64,000 bases of DNA from Candidatus Wildermuthbacteria bacterium. Lineage in GTDB: Bacteria > Patescibacteriota > Minisyncoccia > Minisyncoccales > UBA10102. This document shows positions 40,486-52,877 of this stretch, one piece after another (positions within the stretch are counted from its first letter, which is position 1; every line of letters starts with the position of its first letter). The translations under genes were made by a program, and so were the position numbers. Below the pieces are notes generated by a model, which was not told where the DNA came from, made no database searches, and saw only the letters and a program-made list of their open reading frames with translations. The stretch is taken from the NCBI GenBank assembly GCA_016181405.1, contig JACOZJ010000003.1, positions 176,126 through 240,125 of the forward strand, written 5' to 3'.

Positions 40486-41010
40486 TTACGCAACTTTGCG
40501 AGTTACGAAAAGAACAATGGATTCTGATCGATTAATTGCGTGCTCTTGCTCCAATCGCCTTCTCATTGCTACAAAGTTACCTGTGTAGTAAAGAGGCATA
40601 TGGATCCCTCCCAATTTCTGTTTCAAGGAGGCTAAAGCCTTTCCTGTAGTAGAAAGGAAGTCATGAGCGCGTGGAGTGTCAGGCACAATGGGTTCATCGG
40701 GCATACCAATAGTAATATCTAGAACGTACCTATCCGAAATATTGATACCGGCACCAACTGGAGGCTCTTCAACGCCCAATGGCGCCAAAGATTGATAGAA
40801 ATGCCTGTTAGCTTCATCCTCGCTAGATACCTGGAGGACAATGCCACTTGCGTCTGCAGATAGGACTATTTCTACAAATTCTTCCACAGCTCTCGCGGCG
40901 ACTTCATCTTCAGGATCAAAAGGAGCTCCAAGAAGTCCATGCTCCTCTTCGAGTCGTTCAATCCCAGCTTCACCCAAAACTTCCCAGACTACCCTCTCTG
41001 TTTCTGCCAT
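40486..41010 (-). CDS. Hypothetical acidic accessory protein
   Basis: 174 aa ORF with AGGAGGT SD and terminator. Confidence 0.65.
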   Translation of the reverse strand: MAETERVVWEVLGEAGIERLEEEHGLLGAPFDPEDEVAARAVEEFVEIVLSADASGIVLQVSSEDEANRHFYQSLAPLGVEEPPVGAGINISDRYVLDITIGMPDEPIVPDTPRAHDFLSTTGKALASLKQKLGGIHMPLYYTGNFVAMRRRLEQEHAINRSESIVLFVTRKVA

Positions 41011-41095
41011 ATGGCACCTCCTTTAAAGAGCTTGCCTACAACCACTGTAACAGATAATATCAGCCGGTAAAATACCGATACCCCATCTACCCTTC

Positions 41096-41557
41096 TTAGT
41101 CAATCTTTACGATTTTGCATTTGCGGTTCCCGTCCGGAGTTTCACACTGCACCACATCCCCCACTTTTTTGCCCAAAAGCGAGGATCCTATGGGAGATTC
41201 AACTGAAATCTTCCCCCCCAGAGGATCAGCCTCGCTTGCGGTAACAATCTTAAAAATCTGCGGGTTAAACCCTTCCACCATTACCGTAGAACCAATCTGC
41301 ACTTTATCTGACTTTCCTCCGCCAGCTGGCGGATTCACCACTTTTGCCTCGTGGATTTCTTCTTCTAACTCCGCAATGCGCCTTTGCAGCATCTCTTGCT
41401 GTTCTTTCGCATCGTGGTAATCAAAGTTCTCTGACAGATCTCCAAACGCGATTGCCTTTCGCAGGCGCTCCGCTAGCTCTTTTTGTTTTGTTGTTTTGAG
41501 GTGCTGGAGTTCTGCTTTCATTTTCTCGAGCCCTTCTTCTGTAGTAAATTTTGCCAT
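41096..41557 (-). CDS. greA: Transcription elongation factor GreA
   Basis: T.EG..K...EL, GDLSEN..Y..AKE.Q, IS.ESPIG..L.GK. Confidence 0.96.
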   Translation of the reverse strand: MAKFTTEEGLEKMKAELQHLKTTKQKELAERLRKAIAFGDLSENFDYHDAKEQQEMLQRRIAELEEEIHEAKVVNPPAGGGKSDKVQIGSTVMVEGFNPQIFKIVTASEADPLGGKISVESPIGSSLLGKKVGDVVQCETPDGNRKCKIVKID

Positions 41558-41561
41558 ATTG

Positions 41562-43508
41562 TTATCTCGTAAAATACCACTCTAATACCTCCTTTGCAAC
41601 CGGCAATACTGCCAAGCTACCTTCTTTTGCGTCTTCAACCATCACGGCCAACACGATTTCTGGATTTTCATAAGGCGCGAATACCACAACCCAACTATAC
41701 AAGTAATCCAACCCTTCTTCATCTTTTCTTCCGGTTTGCGCGGTTCCTGTCTTTGCGCCAGATGATACGGGCATTTGGTTTAAAATAACCGCGGATCCCC
41801 ATTTGACTGCCTGCCTCATTCCGTCACGTACCACTTCAAGGTTTTCTTGCTCCACGACATGCTCCCGTACGACTTGCGGAAAAGTTTCCCGAGTCCCCTC
41901 TCTATCAATAATTTCTTTCACCATTTGAGGCTTGTACAATGTGCCTCCGTTCGCGATGGCCGCGAATGCGGAAGCCACCTGCAGGGGCGTAGCCAACAAA
42001 TTACCCTGGCCGATAGAAAGGTTGTACGTATCGCCATCCCACCACCCCTCGCCCTTCGCCTGCATCTTCCATTCAGGATCCGGAATAAGGCCTTTGGCCT
42101 CGCCAGACAAATCTATGCCGGTTTTGGCGCCCAAACCAAATTTGGTGAGATACTCTTTCAGCCGCCGCGGGCCAAGTCCCTCTTGGTCCTCAAATCCTCC
42201 TCCAATGGTATAAAAATACACGTTGCTCGAAACAGCGAGAGCCTCACGCATATCAACCCAGCCATGATCCTTCCAGTCGTTAAATCGATATATAATTTCA
42301 GGATCGTAGGCATGAGGAATTTCAATGTATCCTTTTGTAAAAATCTTCTTGTCCGGATCTATAATATGTTCCTCCAAAGCTCCCGCTGCTATGAAAGGCT
42401 TAATAGTAGAACCAGTAGGATAGTTTCCTGCGATTGCACGGTTAAAAAGCGGATTCAAAGGATCAGAAGTAATCTCCGCATACTGCGTGTGGCTGATGCC
42501 GCGCGAAAAAAGATTGCTGTCGAACCCTGGGATGCTTACCAAAGAAAGGACTCCTCCGGTTTTAGGATCCAGCGCAATGCCGGCTGCCTTCTGGGCTCCT
42601 ATTCTCTCGAGTGTGCGCTCGAGGGCTTCCCGTACTTTCGCTTGAAGCTCAAAATCGAGCCACAGCACAATACTATTCCCGGATTGCGAAGGAACTTCTC
42701 CCTTTTCTTTCACCACCAGACCCAAAGCGTCCTTCTCAGTCAATTTCCTTCCTGGCACTCCGCGCAGTTCTGTTTCATACGAACGTTCAATGCCTGTTTT
42801 CCCGATTTGATCGGTTATCGCATACTCCGGATATTGTTTAAGTTCGTCTGAAGAAATTTTTGCGGTATACCCCAACACGTGCGCAAGCGTGGGATCTGCA
42901 ACATATTCTCGAATGGTATTCCTTTCAATATCACATCCCACCAACTCTTCGAGTTTTGTTTCTAGCATAATGAGCTGATCATGGGAAAGATTTTGCGCTA
43001 TTAAAAATTTCGGGTTTGTCGTCTTGTCGAATTCTCCACGCAAATCTGAAAACGGAATACCCAGAATGTCCGCGCTCTGCCGCAAAATACGTTCTTTCTC
43101 GGGACGCTCTGGAGGTAAATCGCGCTTGTCGCAGACAAAATCAAAACTTGGTTTGTTAAATACCAGCTGTTCACCGTTGACGTCGTAAATGACTCCACGA
43201 TCTGAATCTAAGGGTTGACTTCGAATGGTATTTTCTTGTGCCCTTCTTTGCAGCTCGTCTCCCGCCAACGCCTGCAGCTGAAATGTCCTTGCAAAGAGCA
43301 CCAAAAACAACACAAGAAAACTTGCGTAGAGCGCCCAAAGCAACCACTGAGAAAGCGGAACTTCCAGTTTTTGCTCTCCATACATCCCGGAAGCCATTTC
43401 CTGCTCCGCAACAAACTTATCCAAGAAAACATCTTGCAGCTCAAAATCGCCCCGGGAGCGTTTGACGCGTAATCCCCTAAAATTTTTTAAGAATGGGAAG
43501 CCTGACAT
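41562..43508 (-). CDS. mrdA: Penicillin-binding protein 2
   Basis: RG.IYD, STIK (SxxK), SSN, KTG motifs; next to mreCD. Confidence 0.93.
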   Translation of the reverse strand: MSGFPFLKNFRGLRVKRSRGDFELQDVFLDKFVAEQEMASGMYGEQKLEVPLSQWLLWALYASFLVLFLVLFARTFQLQALAGDELQRRAQENTIRSQPLDSDRGVIYDVNGEQLVFNKPSFDFVCDKRDLPPERPEKERILRQSADILGIPFSDLRGEFDKTTNPKFLIAQNLSHDQLIMLETKLEELVGCDIERNTIREYVADPTLAHVLGYTAKISSDELKQYPEYAITDQIGKTGIERSYETELRGVPGRKLTEKDALGLVVKEKGEVPSQSGNSIVLWLDFELQAKVREALERTLERIGAQKAAGIALDPKTGGVLSLVSIPGFDSNLFSRGISHTQYAEITSDPLNPLFNRAIAGNYPTGSTIKPFIAAGALEEHIIDPDKKIFTKGYIEIPHAYDPEIIYRFNDWKDHGWVDMREALAVSSNVYFYTIGGGFEDQEGLGPRRLKEYLTKFGLGAKTGIDLSGEAKGLIPDPEWKMQAKGEGWWDGDTYNLSIGQGNLLATPLQVASAFAAIANGGTLYKPQMVKEIIDREGTRETFPQVVREHVVEQENLEVVRDGMRQAVKWGSAVILNQMPVSSGAKTGTAQTGRKDEEGLDYLYSWVVVFAPYENPEIVLAVMVEDAKEGSLAVLPVAKEVLEWYFTR

Positions 43509-43785
43509 AATCCTCTAATACGATCTTTATGAATAAAGAAGCAAACCCCAGACCAAGAGCCCAAAGCCCTATAATTCCCCCCGAAAACACATCCAGCAAG
43601 AATCCACCAAATAGAGCCGCCAAAAAACTCGCATAGGAGTCTCGGTGTTCGAATATGCTCAATAAGACTACGCTTAGAATGATAAAATTGGGAACCAACC
43701 CATTGGGAAATAAATGAACAAAAAAACTCATCTGCAAAATCGCAAAAACGTAGAACACCAGAAAGAGGATAATTGTTTGCTTCAT
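43477..43785 (-). CDS. mreD: Rod shape-determining protein MreD (short)
   Basis: Hydrophobic, P....., GG.LLD.FS; between mreC and mrdA. Confidence 0.75.
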   Translation of the reverse strand: MKQTIILFLVFYVFAILQMSFFVHLFPNGLVPNFIILSVVLLSIFEHRDSYASFLAALFGGFLLDVFSGGIIGLWALGLGFASLFIKIVLEDYVRLPILKKF

Positions 43786-44564
43786 GGGCGCAAAGAAGTA
43801 ATTACAAATACTGTTTCAAGGGATTTTAAACTAAAAAATGGCTTTACATTTGCCTTTTGAAAGGGATCGGAGCCAGCTTTCAAAATCTCTGTGATTTCGC
43901 CAATCAACAAATTTTTTGGGAACACGCCGCCCAAATTACTCGTAACCACCATATCTCCAACGCCGAGTTCATCTTCCTGCGGGACCAAGTCAAGCATAAG
44001 TTTCTGGCCGCCCTTTCCCCTTACCACGCCAGTCGTTTCTGTCTCCGCAATTTGCGCATCCGTTCTGGCCTCGTCGGCTGAAATCAACTGCACACGGGCA
44101 TGATCGGAGAACGACTCCACAACTTTCCCCACGGCAATGGTGCCGGAAGCAATAACCGACATTCCTTTTTGAATTCCCTGATTCTGTCCTCCCCGAATGG
44201 TAATAACATCTTCCCCAAGATTTTTCCCGATAACGTCAGCCATCACCATACGAAATTCTTCTGTAAGCCCCAAGTCCAGCATTCTGCGCAATTCTTCATT
44301 TTCTCTTTCTACGTCCTGCAAAGAGATAACCTTCTGCACCAGGGCAAAATTTTCCTGCCGTAAGATCTCGTTTTCTGTACGCAAACTGCCTCCACCAAAA
44401 AAAGTGGATATACTCCGCCCCGCTTGCCACAGAGAAGCCTGCAAAGGAGAAGATATAGATGTTGCGAATTCTCGCACTTGAGAAGAAATAAGATTTAAAG
44501 ACAAAAACGATAAAATCACCAAAAGCAACACGCCGAATCTTCTCCTTAAAATCAGATTCCTCAT
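43782..44564 (-). CDS. mreC: Rod shape-determining protein MreC
   Basis: TM, coiled coil EN..LR..L, G...G...GM.V, VVTS..GG.FP..L.IG. Confidence 0.92.
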   Translation of the reverse strand: MRNLILRRRFGVLLLVILSFLSLNLISSQVREFATSISSPLQASLWQAGRSISTFFGGGSLRTENEILRQENFALVQKVISLQDVERENEELRRMLDLGLTEEFRMVMADVIGKNLGEDVITIRGGQNQGIQKGMSVIASGTIAVGKVVESFSDHARVQLISADEARTDAQIAETETTGVVRGKGGQKLMLDLVPQEDELGVGDMVVTSNLGGVFPKNLLIGEITEILKAGSDPFQKANVKPFFSLKSLETVFVITSLRP

Positions 44565-44623
44565 TGATCTATTATAAAAGCACCTCTGGGAATTTCAAGG
44601 GAAACAATTTACGAGATTGAATA

Positions 44624-44738
44624 CAGAGATGGGGACTACCTACTCTCGCCTTGCGACTACCATCGGCCTTGAGGTATTTCACTTCCGTGTTCGGAATGGG
44701 AACGGGTGGGGCAACCTCAGTATAATCCCCATCTCTGG
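44624..44738 (-). rRNA. rrf: 5S rRNA
   Basis: CCCGTTCCCATTCCGAACACGGAAGTGAA, GCCGATGGTAGT; terminal stem CAGAGATGGGGA. Confidence 0.93.
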
Positions 44739-44777
44739 ATTCAAAATTTTGAAGCAATCACTAATTGCCAGCCAGGA

Positions 44778-47543
<2,766 letters not shown>

Positions 47544-47731
47544 CCCTAGCTAGCAATTAGTAATTGCTTTGCTTCTATTCAGTTGTCAAAGTTCTCATGA
47601 GTAGTAGAAAAGCGTTTTTTTGTCAAACAAAAACCGCTTTTTCGAAGCGGTCTCCACACAGCAAAAAAGTGATGGTCTCTCAGCCGCTTCGTTTTTTGAC
47701 TATTAGTTGTTCTGTACTCATGTACGTATCC

Positions 47732-47760
47732 AGTATAGCCGACTCTCAAATCAATGTCAA
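47732..47760 (-). promoter_or_regulatory. Sigma70 promoter for the 23S-5S unit
   Basis: TTGACA-N17-TATACT. Confidence 0.8.
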
Positions 47761-47813
47761 GGACAGCGAAAATCCCAATTTCCAAGCCCCAAATCCCGCC
47801 CTTTAGCGGTTGA

Positions 47814-48473
47814 TTAAAGCAGCTTTTGTTCAATAAAAGGCTTAAGGTCGGAAGCGACAAGGATACGCTGGATATCGCTGTGCGTAATCAGCGTTTGCGA
47901 CGGGCGAGTGTCATCGCCATTTTGACCGGCAATCGAAAAACCCACGTACTCAACTTTTTTCTTTTGACGAAGCCGTATCCAATCAATGGCCGGCACAAGA
48001 TCCCCATCGGAACTCACGATAATTGCGGTATCATATTTATCGTCTATCGCGCCCACGATTGCATCGGTGGCGAGCTTCACGTCAATGCCCTTTTCTCTCA
48101 TCCGCTCAAACTCTACTTCTTTTACCCCTTTTTTCAGCAATTCCTTGTAATTTTTGACCCTGTCATCAATAACGACTTTTTCTATTCGTGTGCGAAGCTT
48201 GCTCGTTTTGATCTCCCATCCACTTGAGCGCAATCGGGTAAATAAGGTGGTTTGCCGAGACATTGCCTGTTTGCTCCTTTTATCCCCTTCTCTTTCTCGT
48301 ACCGTGCCGACATAAAAACGTTTGCCGGCTTCGGTAATCGCCCGCCCATTCGCAAGGAATTCGGCGAATTTGTCGAACGCAAAATCAAGCTCTTGGATGC
48401 CTAATTTCCGTAAAACAAGGTGATGGAGATTCCCTCCGTCAATAAGTATCTGAACGCGTTCTGCCATACCCAT
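47814..48473 (-). CDS. NYN (LabA/DUF88, PIN-like) domain ribonuclease
   Basis: ILIDGGN, EKGIDV.LA.D, IVSSDGDLVPA. Confidence 0.9.
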   Translation of the reverse strand: MGMAERVQILIDGGNLHHLVLRKLGIQELDFAFDKFAEFLANGRAITEAGKRFYVGTVREREGDKRSKQAMSRQTTLFTRLRSSGWEIKTSKLRTRIEKVVIDDRVKNYKELLKKGVKEVEFERMREKGIDVKLATDAIVGAIDDKYDTAIIVSSDGDLVPAIDWIRLRQKKKVEYVGFSIAGQNGDDTRPSQTLITHSDIQRILVASDLKPFIEQKLL

Positions 48474-48539
48474 AGTATGCCATACGCGCGGGCAAAATAA
48501 AATCCTGCACACAGCCGAAGCTGGCGCAGGAGACTTTAT

Positions 48540-48599
48540 GTATCTAGTATAGCCGACCCTCAAACCAATGTCAAGCGCAGCGAAAATCCCAATTTTCAA
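48540..48599 (-). repeat. Second copy of the 60-bp rRNA promoter segment
   Basis: 54/60 identical to 47726-47785 by manual alignment. Confidence 0.88.
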
Positions 48600-48698
48600 T
48601 GCTCAATTTTCAATCTCCGCCAAAGGCGGATCCGCCTCGGACGGAAAATCCCAATGCCTTAATGCTCAAAACAAAATCGTCTGGCCCATATCTCTATC

Positions 48699-49187
48699 TT
48701 AGCTAATACGAGGCCATTTAGTTAAAAGCTCTTGCTTAATACTTCTATATCTGTGAAAAATATTATCAAAATCTTGAATGATTGCTTCAAGCGCAGAGAC
48801 TTCGAGGGAAGGACTTTCTAGTAAACGATGCATAAGTTTATTTCTTTTCTTGTTAAATGCAGAAAGACACCTTATAAACTCCTCCCTATCAGGAAAATTA
48901 AACTCTTGAAGATCTGCGATCATTCCTCCGAGAGTTTTCTTCTTCATGCACTCAGAGATTGGCCAAGAAATTACTCCATTGAACTTCTCGTATGTCCCAA
49001 CTTTAATCATGCGGTGCAGATTTCTTAAGATATCACTTGCGACATATTCGACGTGATTCACAAGGAGTAAAATTGCGGTTAACTTCTCCTCACTCGTATC
49101 TCCACGAGCATATTCTCTTGCCTTCTTTAAGCTTTCATTCAGGAGATCGATATCTGTATGTCCGATCGGCTCAAAATCGCTGGGCAT
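48699..49187 (-). CDS. Hypothetical helical protein with HEPN-like RxxxxH motif
   Basis: TLG.MI..L ... FNKKRNKLMH. Confidence 0.6.
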   Translation of the reverse strand: MPSDFEPIGHTDIDLLNESLKKAREYARGDTSEEKLTAILLLVNHVEYVASDILRNLHRMIKVGTYEKFNGVISWPISECMKKKTLGGMIADLQEFNFPDREEFIRCLSAFNKKRNKLMHRLLESPSLEVSALEAIIQDFDNIFHRYRSIKQELLTKWPRIS

Positions 49188-49212
49188 AAAATAAGTAATT
49201 ATTTACATTGGG

Positions 49213-51558
49213 TTATGGTTCAACCTCCAAATCACTTAACGACACAATCATTGGAAGTAGAGTTGGCGAAATCGCTCTGGAAAACATAGCTATTTTTTCG
49301 TATATTGAAACATCGTTATTTTTCTCCGGAGCTTCCCCTTTAAGTTTCTTGCTCTTGTTATCGAAATCAAGCAATGAGATACCGAGTAATACCATACCGT
49401 ATTTAAATCTTGCTTCTAAGAGTTTCGGTTCAATTTTTGAATTCTCCTTAATTTCCATTTGCAGGTAGACATTATCCATATTGATGTAGAAGTCATACCC
49501 TGCTTCTTCTCCTCCATCCACAACCTTCAATGCACTCTTCTCATCAAATTTATGTTTTTCCCACTCATTTCTTCGCACCTCATACGCATGAGGAATATCG
49601 AGGTAGATTGGTTTTTCCCTATCTTTTCCAGTATCTTTACCTGACGGTTTTTTTCTTTTTCCGTGCCCTCCATTTGTTTCCTGTTGTGGTTTATCCACCT
49701 CAATACAAAATTCACTCGAGAATGAATCAATCCTGGAAATATCTATAACTCCAGTTCGAAAACACAATTTGTTTCCGATTTCAGATTGCTGTGGTATTCC
49801 AATCGTCAGTGTCGCAAGACCATTCCACAGATTGAGTGAGTAATCTTCAATAGGAGATTCGTCTATTTCAAGCGTTAATTCTCCGGGATCTTTATCTCTC
49901 TTAAAATAATCATTTTCAGCGTCTGTCTCATATTGGATTCGGAACCGCCTATTTATGGGACAGTGCTTCGGTTCTTTAGAGGGATGCTGTTTGGACAATT
50001 TGAAGTAACTTGGAAATGTCTTACCCTTAAATTTTTCTTGTTCTCCTGCGCCAGTAAGTTTGAACGGGTTCTTAATCCTTACCCCTTGCATGAAGAGACT
50101 CGAAAGAGATGGGGATTTCTTGATTATATTTTCCAATACATCTGCCAGTGGCTTCGAATCTTGTAGCTTATGTTCTACTAACTCTCTTTTTCTCTTTTCC
50201 CTTAGCTCCCTGAGTCCTGGATGGTTTTTAATTATATCTTCCATCTTTCTTTCGATTTCGCTTTGAAGCGGTCCACCACCAAGGCGGTCTCGGCTGTTCA
50301 TAAATAAGTCTTCCTGCATCCTTCTATCAATTCTTGAACAATCTACGATCACTAAAATACTATCAGACAAATAGTTCATGCCAACTACCTTTCGTTCAAA
50401 GAAATATCTCGGTAGCGAACCGTGTGTCTGTCCATTGACAATAAAAATTATCCCCTCTTCTGTAGCATAAGTTTCTCTTTTTCCTACTTTAAAAGCATAT
50501 ATTGAATAGTCCATCCTTTGACCCTGAACAGTCATTTCTCCTGACCCAGGGAAACCATCTTCAAGATTTTCTCTCTTATCTTCATCTAACCTTACGCTTA
50601 ACCCCGAGAGTGTTTTTATGGGACTTTTTCTAAATCTAGTATCAGCAACCTTTATGGGTAGCGCAATCTCTGGCATTAAAAGGGAAAGTCTATTGTGCAA
50701 GTGGCGAGTAGCATCTGATCGCAAGCGCCCAGTACTCATTTGGTAATCGTAAATTTTTATAAAAGTTCCATGCTCAATAGATTTTTTATATGCATCAAGA
50801 TCGTCATTTGGCAGTAAGGGAAGTGTCTTAGAAGTGAAAGAAAGTATTTCCCCTGCGGGAGCAAGATAAGTAAATACAGAGCTTCGCATTTGGCCAGTTG
50901 GCGGAATCCGTCTGATTATTGTCATTCCCCATAGATCTTTTTCCGTTTTATTTTTAATTTCTCGATTTCTTCTTGAAACTATTAATTGTAAATTATGCTC
51001 TGGGCTTCCGAACCTAAAAACTCCTGTCCCGCCCATACCAAACTTACCTTGAACAAATTGAATCTTGCTTTTATTCCCTCTGTTTAGAGAAAGAAAGGTA
51101 TCAAGAAAACGTTCGGGTGATTGACCCTCTCCTAAATCAACAAGCGAATAGGAAGGGCTAGCTTTGCTTCCACTTGCAACAAGAAAAATATTTTCAGCTA
51201 AGTTAGATCTCGCACTCGCGTCAATGCTAGAAAGCTTGCCGTCATAAATTCCAAAGTACTCTTTTTGCGCTTCCGCAATACTCTTGGGAGCTTCTTGGCT
51301 TGTTGGTTCTATGCCTCGCGATAAGCATTCTTTCATCAACATTGCATCTACGGAATTGATGATCTTCTCAACAAGTGCTGTATCGGGGGCACTTTGTTGA
51401 TTCCCAATTGTTGACCAGTTCCCTGAACTCTCATCAACTTCTTTCCACACTTTCTTGTCTGACCATAAGCCCGATTTGCTCAGGATTTCCACAACGGTCT
51501 TTTCTGTTTCTGCCTGTATCAGCGCAAGTGCCAATTTTTTGATCTCTTCATTATTCAT
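49213..51558 (-). CDS. Large GHKL-type ATPase protein (781 aa)
   Basis: EKIINSVDA (N box), DLGEG (G1), GKFGMG (G2), HGT.I (G3). Confidence 0.8.
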   Translation of the reverse strand: MNNEEIKKLALALIQAETEKTVVEILSKSGLWSDKKVWKEVDESSGNWSTIGNQQSAPDTALVEKIINSVDAMLMKECLSRGIEPTSQEAPKSIAEAQKEYFGIYDGKLSSIDASARSNLAENIFLVASGSKASPSYSLVDLGEGQSPERFLDTFLSLNRGNKSKIQFVQGKFGMGGTGVFRFGSPEHNLQLIVSRRNREIKNKTEKDLWGMTIIRRIPPTGQMRSSVFTYLAPAGEILSFTSKTLPLLPNDDLDAYKKSIEHGTFIKIYDYQMSTGRLRSDATRHLHNRLSLLMPEIALPIKVADTRFRKSPIKTLSGLSVRLDEDKRENLEDGFPGSGEMTVQGQRMDYSIYAFKVGKRETYATEEGIIFIVNGQTHGSLPRYFFERKVVGMNYLSDSILVIVDCSRIDRRMQEDLFMNSRDRLGGGPLQSEIERKMEDIIKNHPGLRELREKRKRELVEHKLQDSKPLADVLENIIKKSPSLSSLFMQGVRIKNPFKLTGAGEQEKFKGKTFPSYFKLSKQHPSKEPKHCPINRRFRIQYETDAENDYFKRDKDPGELTLEIDESPIEDYSLNLWNGLATLTIGIPQQSEIGNKLCFRTGVIDISRIDSFSSEFCIEVDKPQQETNGGHGKRKKPSGKDTGKDREKPIYLDIPHAYEVRRNEWEKHKFDEKSALKVVDGGEEAGYDFYINMDNVYLQMEIKENSKIEPKLLEARFKYGMVLLGISLLDFDNKSKKLKGEAPEKNNDVSIYEKIAMFSRAISPTLLPMIVSLSDLEVEP

Positions 51559-51562
51559 AAGT

Positions 51563-51793
51563 TTAGAACGTAAATTTTGATTTCTTAGGTAGATGAAACC
51601 TTATCTTTGCTTCTCGGGTTCCGCGTTCAATTTCAGAAAATATCTTATTCACCTCTTCTTCGCTGTATTCATAAGCGCCTCGATTGCCACAGTTTCCCAA
51701 AACCCGCAATCGCTCCAACACTTGATTGGTGCGAAGCGCAGCAAGCCTTTTAAAACGTTCTTGCTTGGTTTCATTTTTAGGAGAAGTTCTCAT
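51563..51793 (-). CDS. Small basic helical protein heading the GHKL operon
   Basis: 76 aa, RFKRLA..RT..VL..LR.LGNC.N...YEY. Confidence 0.75.
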   Translation of the reverse strand: MRTSPKNETKQERFKRLAALRTNQVLERLRVLGNCGNRGAYEYSEEEVNKIFSEIERGTREAKIRFHLPKKSKFTF

Positions 51794-51974
51794 ATTTTTT
51801 GTATTTATGCTTTTATTTAGCCTTATACTCCAGTATTATCATGTCCTGAAAATAATGTCAATATCCTTACAAACTACATCAATACCTTATACATTTTAAG
51901 TACAAAAACTGCAGGGCAAAGTCAGTGGTAAAAAAGGGTCGGGGCATTTTTTGCCTCGACCTTGAACGGCTGTC

Positions 51975-52343
51975 TCAATTCCGCTGGGAATTTTCTCCTT
52001 GCTGTCTCACCTCCCGCAAGCTTCGCGCGAACTCTCCCGCGCCATCGCTGATGATGCGCGATGCCTCCTTTGGCACTACGGTATCTATCTTGCAATTCGT
52101 ACATCGTATGGCGACAAGGAGAGGGAATTCATCATCCTTCCATAGCGCATCTGAATTTTTCACAAGGTAGTGACCGTCCTTTATGAATCCCACCGTCACT
52201 ACGGCGTGAATTTTCCCTCCGCAGGATCCTGTCGGGCAGGCGCCGATAAAATCTGCGAGGATGCGCTCACGGCCACGATCTTTCTCAACCCAAAATACCA
52301 TAGTGAAGATAGTCCATATGTGCATGTGCATGCCCACCCCCAC
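51975..52343 (-). CDS. Hypothetical protein, possible zinc finger
   Basis: CPTGSC and CTNC; start uncertain. Confidence 0.45.
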   Translation of the reverse strand: MGVGMHMHIWTIFTMVFWVEKDRGRERILADFIGACPTGSCGGKIHAVVTVGFIKDGHYLVKNSDALWKDDEFPLLVAIRCTNCKIDTVVPKEASRIISDGAGEFARSLREVRQQGENSQRN

Positions 52344-52599
52344 TTAACAAATTGCATTCCCGCGGTTTGCTTTCCATACCACAAAAATTGAAATATGTGA
52401 ATATGCTTAAAGCAAAAAAGACAAAACCTATGAGGTATTGACATTTTCCTGGGCTACGCTAAAATATGACCTAGTTCTTATGTGGAGAGGTCGAGTTTTT
52501 CCCTGGAAGCTGCACGAAAGTGGAGCTGCGAGGGGAGGGCTCGAGAGGATTCTCTAGAAGAAATCCTAAACCAAACTCGAGCCCGACAAAGGAGGTCCC

Positions 52600-52707
52600 A
52601 TGGTTGGACCGCCCACGACCACGGAAAGGAATAGCTCGCTGAACTTCATTGACGACGTGGACGCCATCGCAGGCCCGCCGGCCCCCGACCACACCAACAC
52701 GACCTGA
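52600..52707 (+). CDS. Putative 35-aa peptide within a structured transcript
   Basis: AAGGAGGT SD, ATG, MVGPPTTTERNSSLNFIDDVDAIAGPPAPDHTNTT. Confidence 0.4.
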   Translation: MVGPPTTTERNSSLNFIDDVDAIAGPPAPDHTNTT

Positions 52708-52744
52708 CGCCGGCCGCGGCCCGGGTGGACCTAGGCCACCAAGG

Positions 52745-52776
52745 GCGGGGGCGCTTGCTGCAGCAAGCGCCCCCGC
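52745..52776. terminator. Perfect 32-bp palindrome
   Basis: GCGGGGGCGCTTGCTGCAGCAAGCGCCCCCGC. Confidence 0.7.
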
Positions 52777-52877
52777 AACTCTACTCACAGCTCAAACTGT
52801 GTTTTTTATTTGTGCCAAACAAACCCCCCCGCCGATGAGGCGGGGGGGGACGATAAATTCACCTGTTCTGGTTTTCT

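Noticed and set aside
41847-42851. 334-aa plus-strand ORF, and similar long antisense ORFs over dnaJ, purC, purM, typA and dinB
   Set aside because: Fully opposite well-supported genes; expected shadow ORFs.
48474-48599. N-terminal 42 aa of the listed 261-aa NYN ORF, and the similar peptide in ORF 47579-47860
   Set aside because: This is translated promoter repeat; the real start is at 48473 or 48467.
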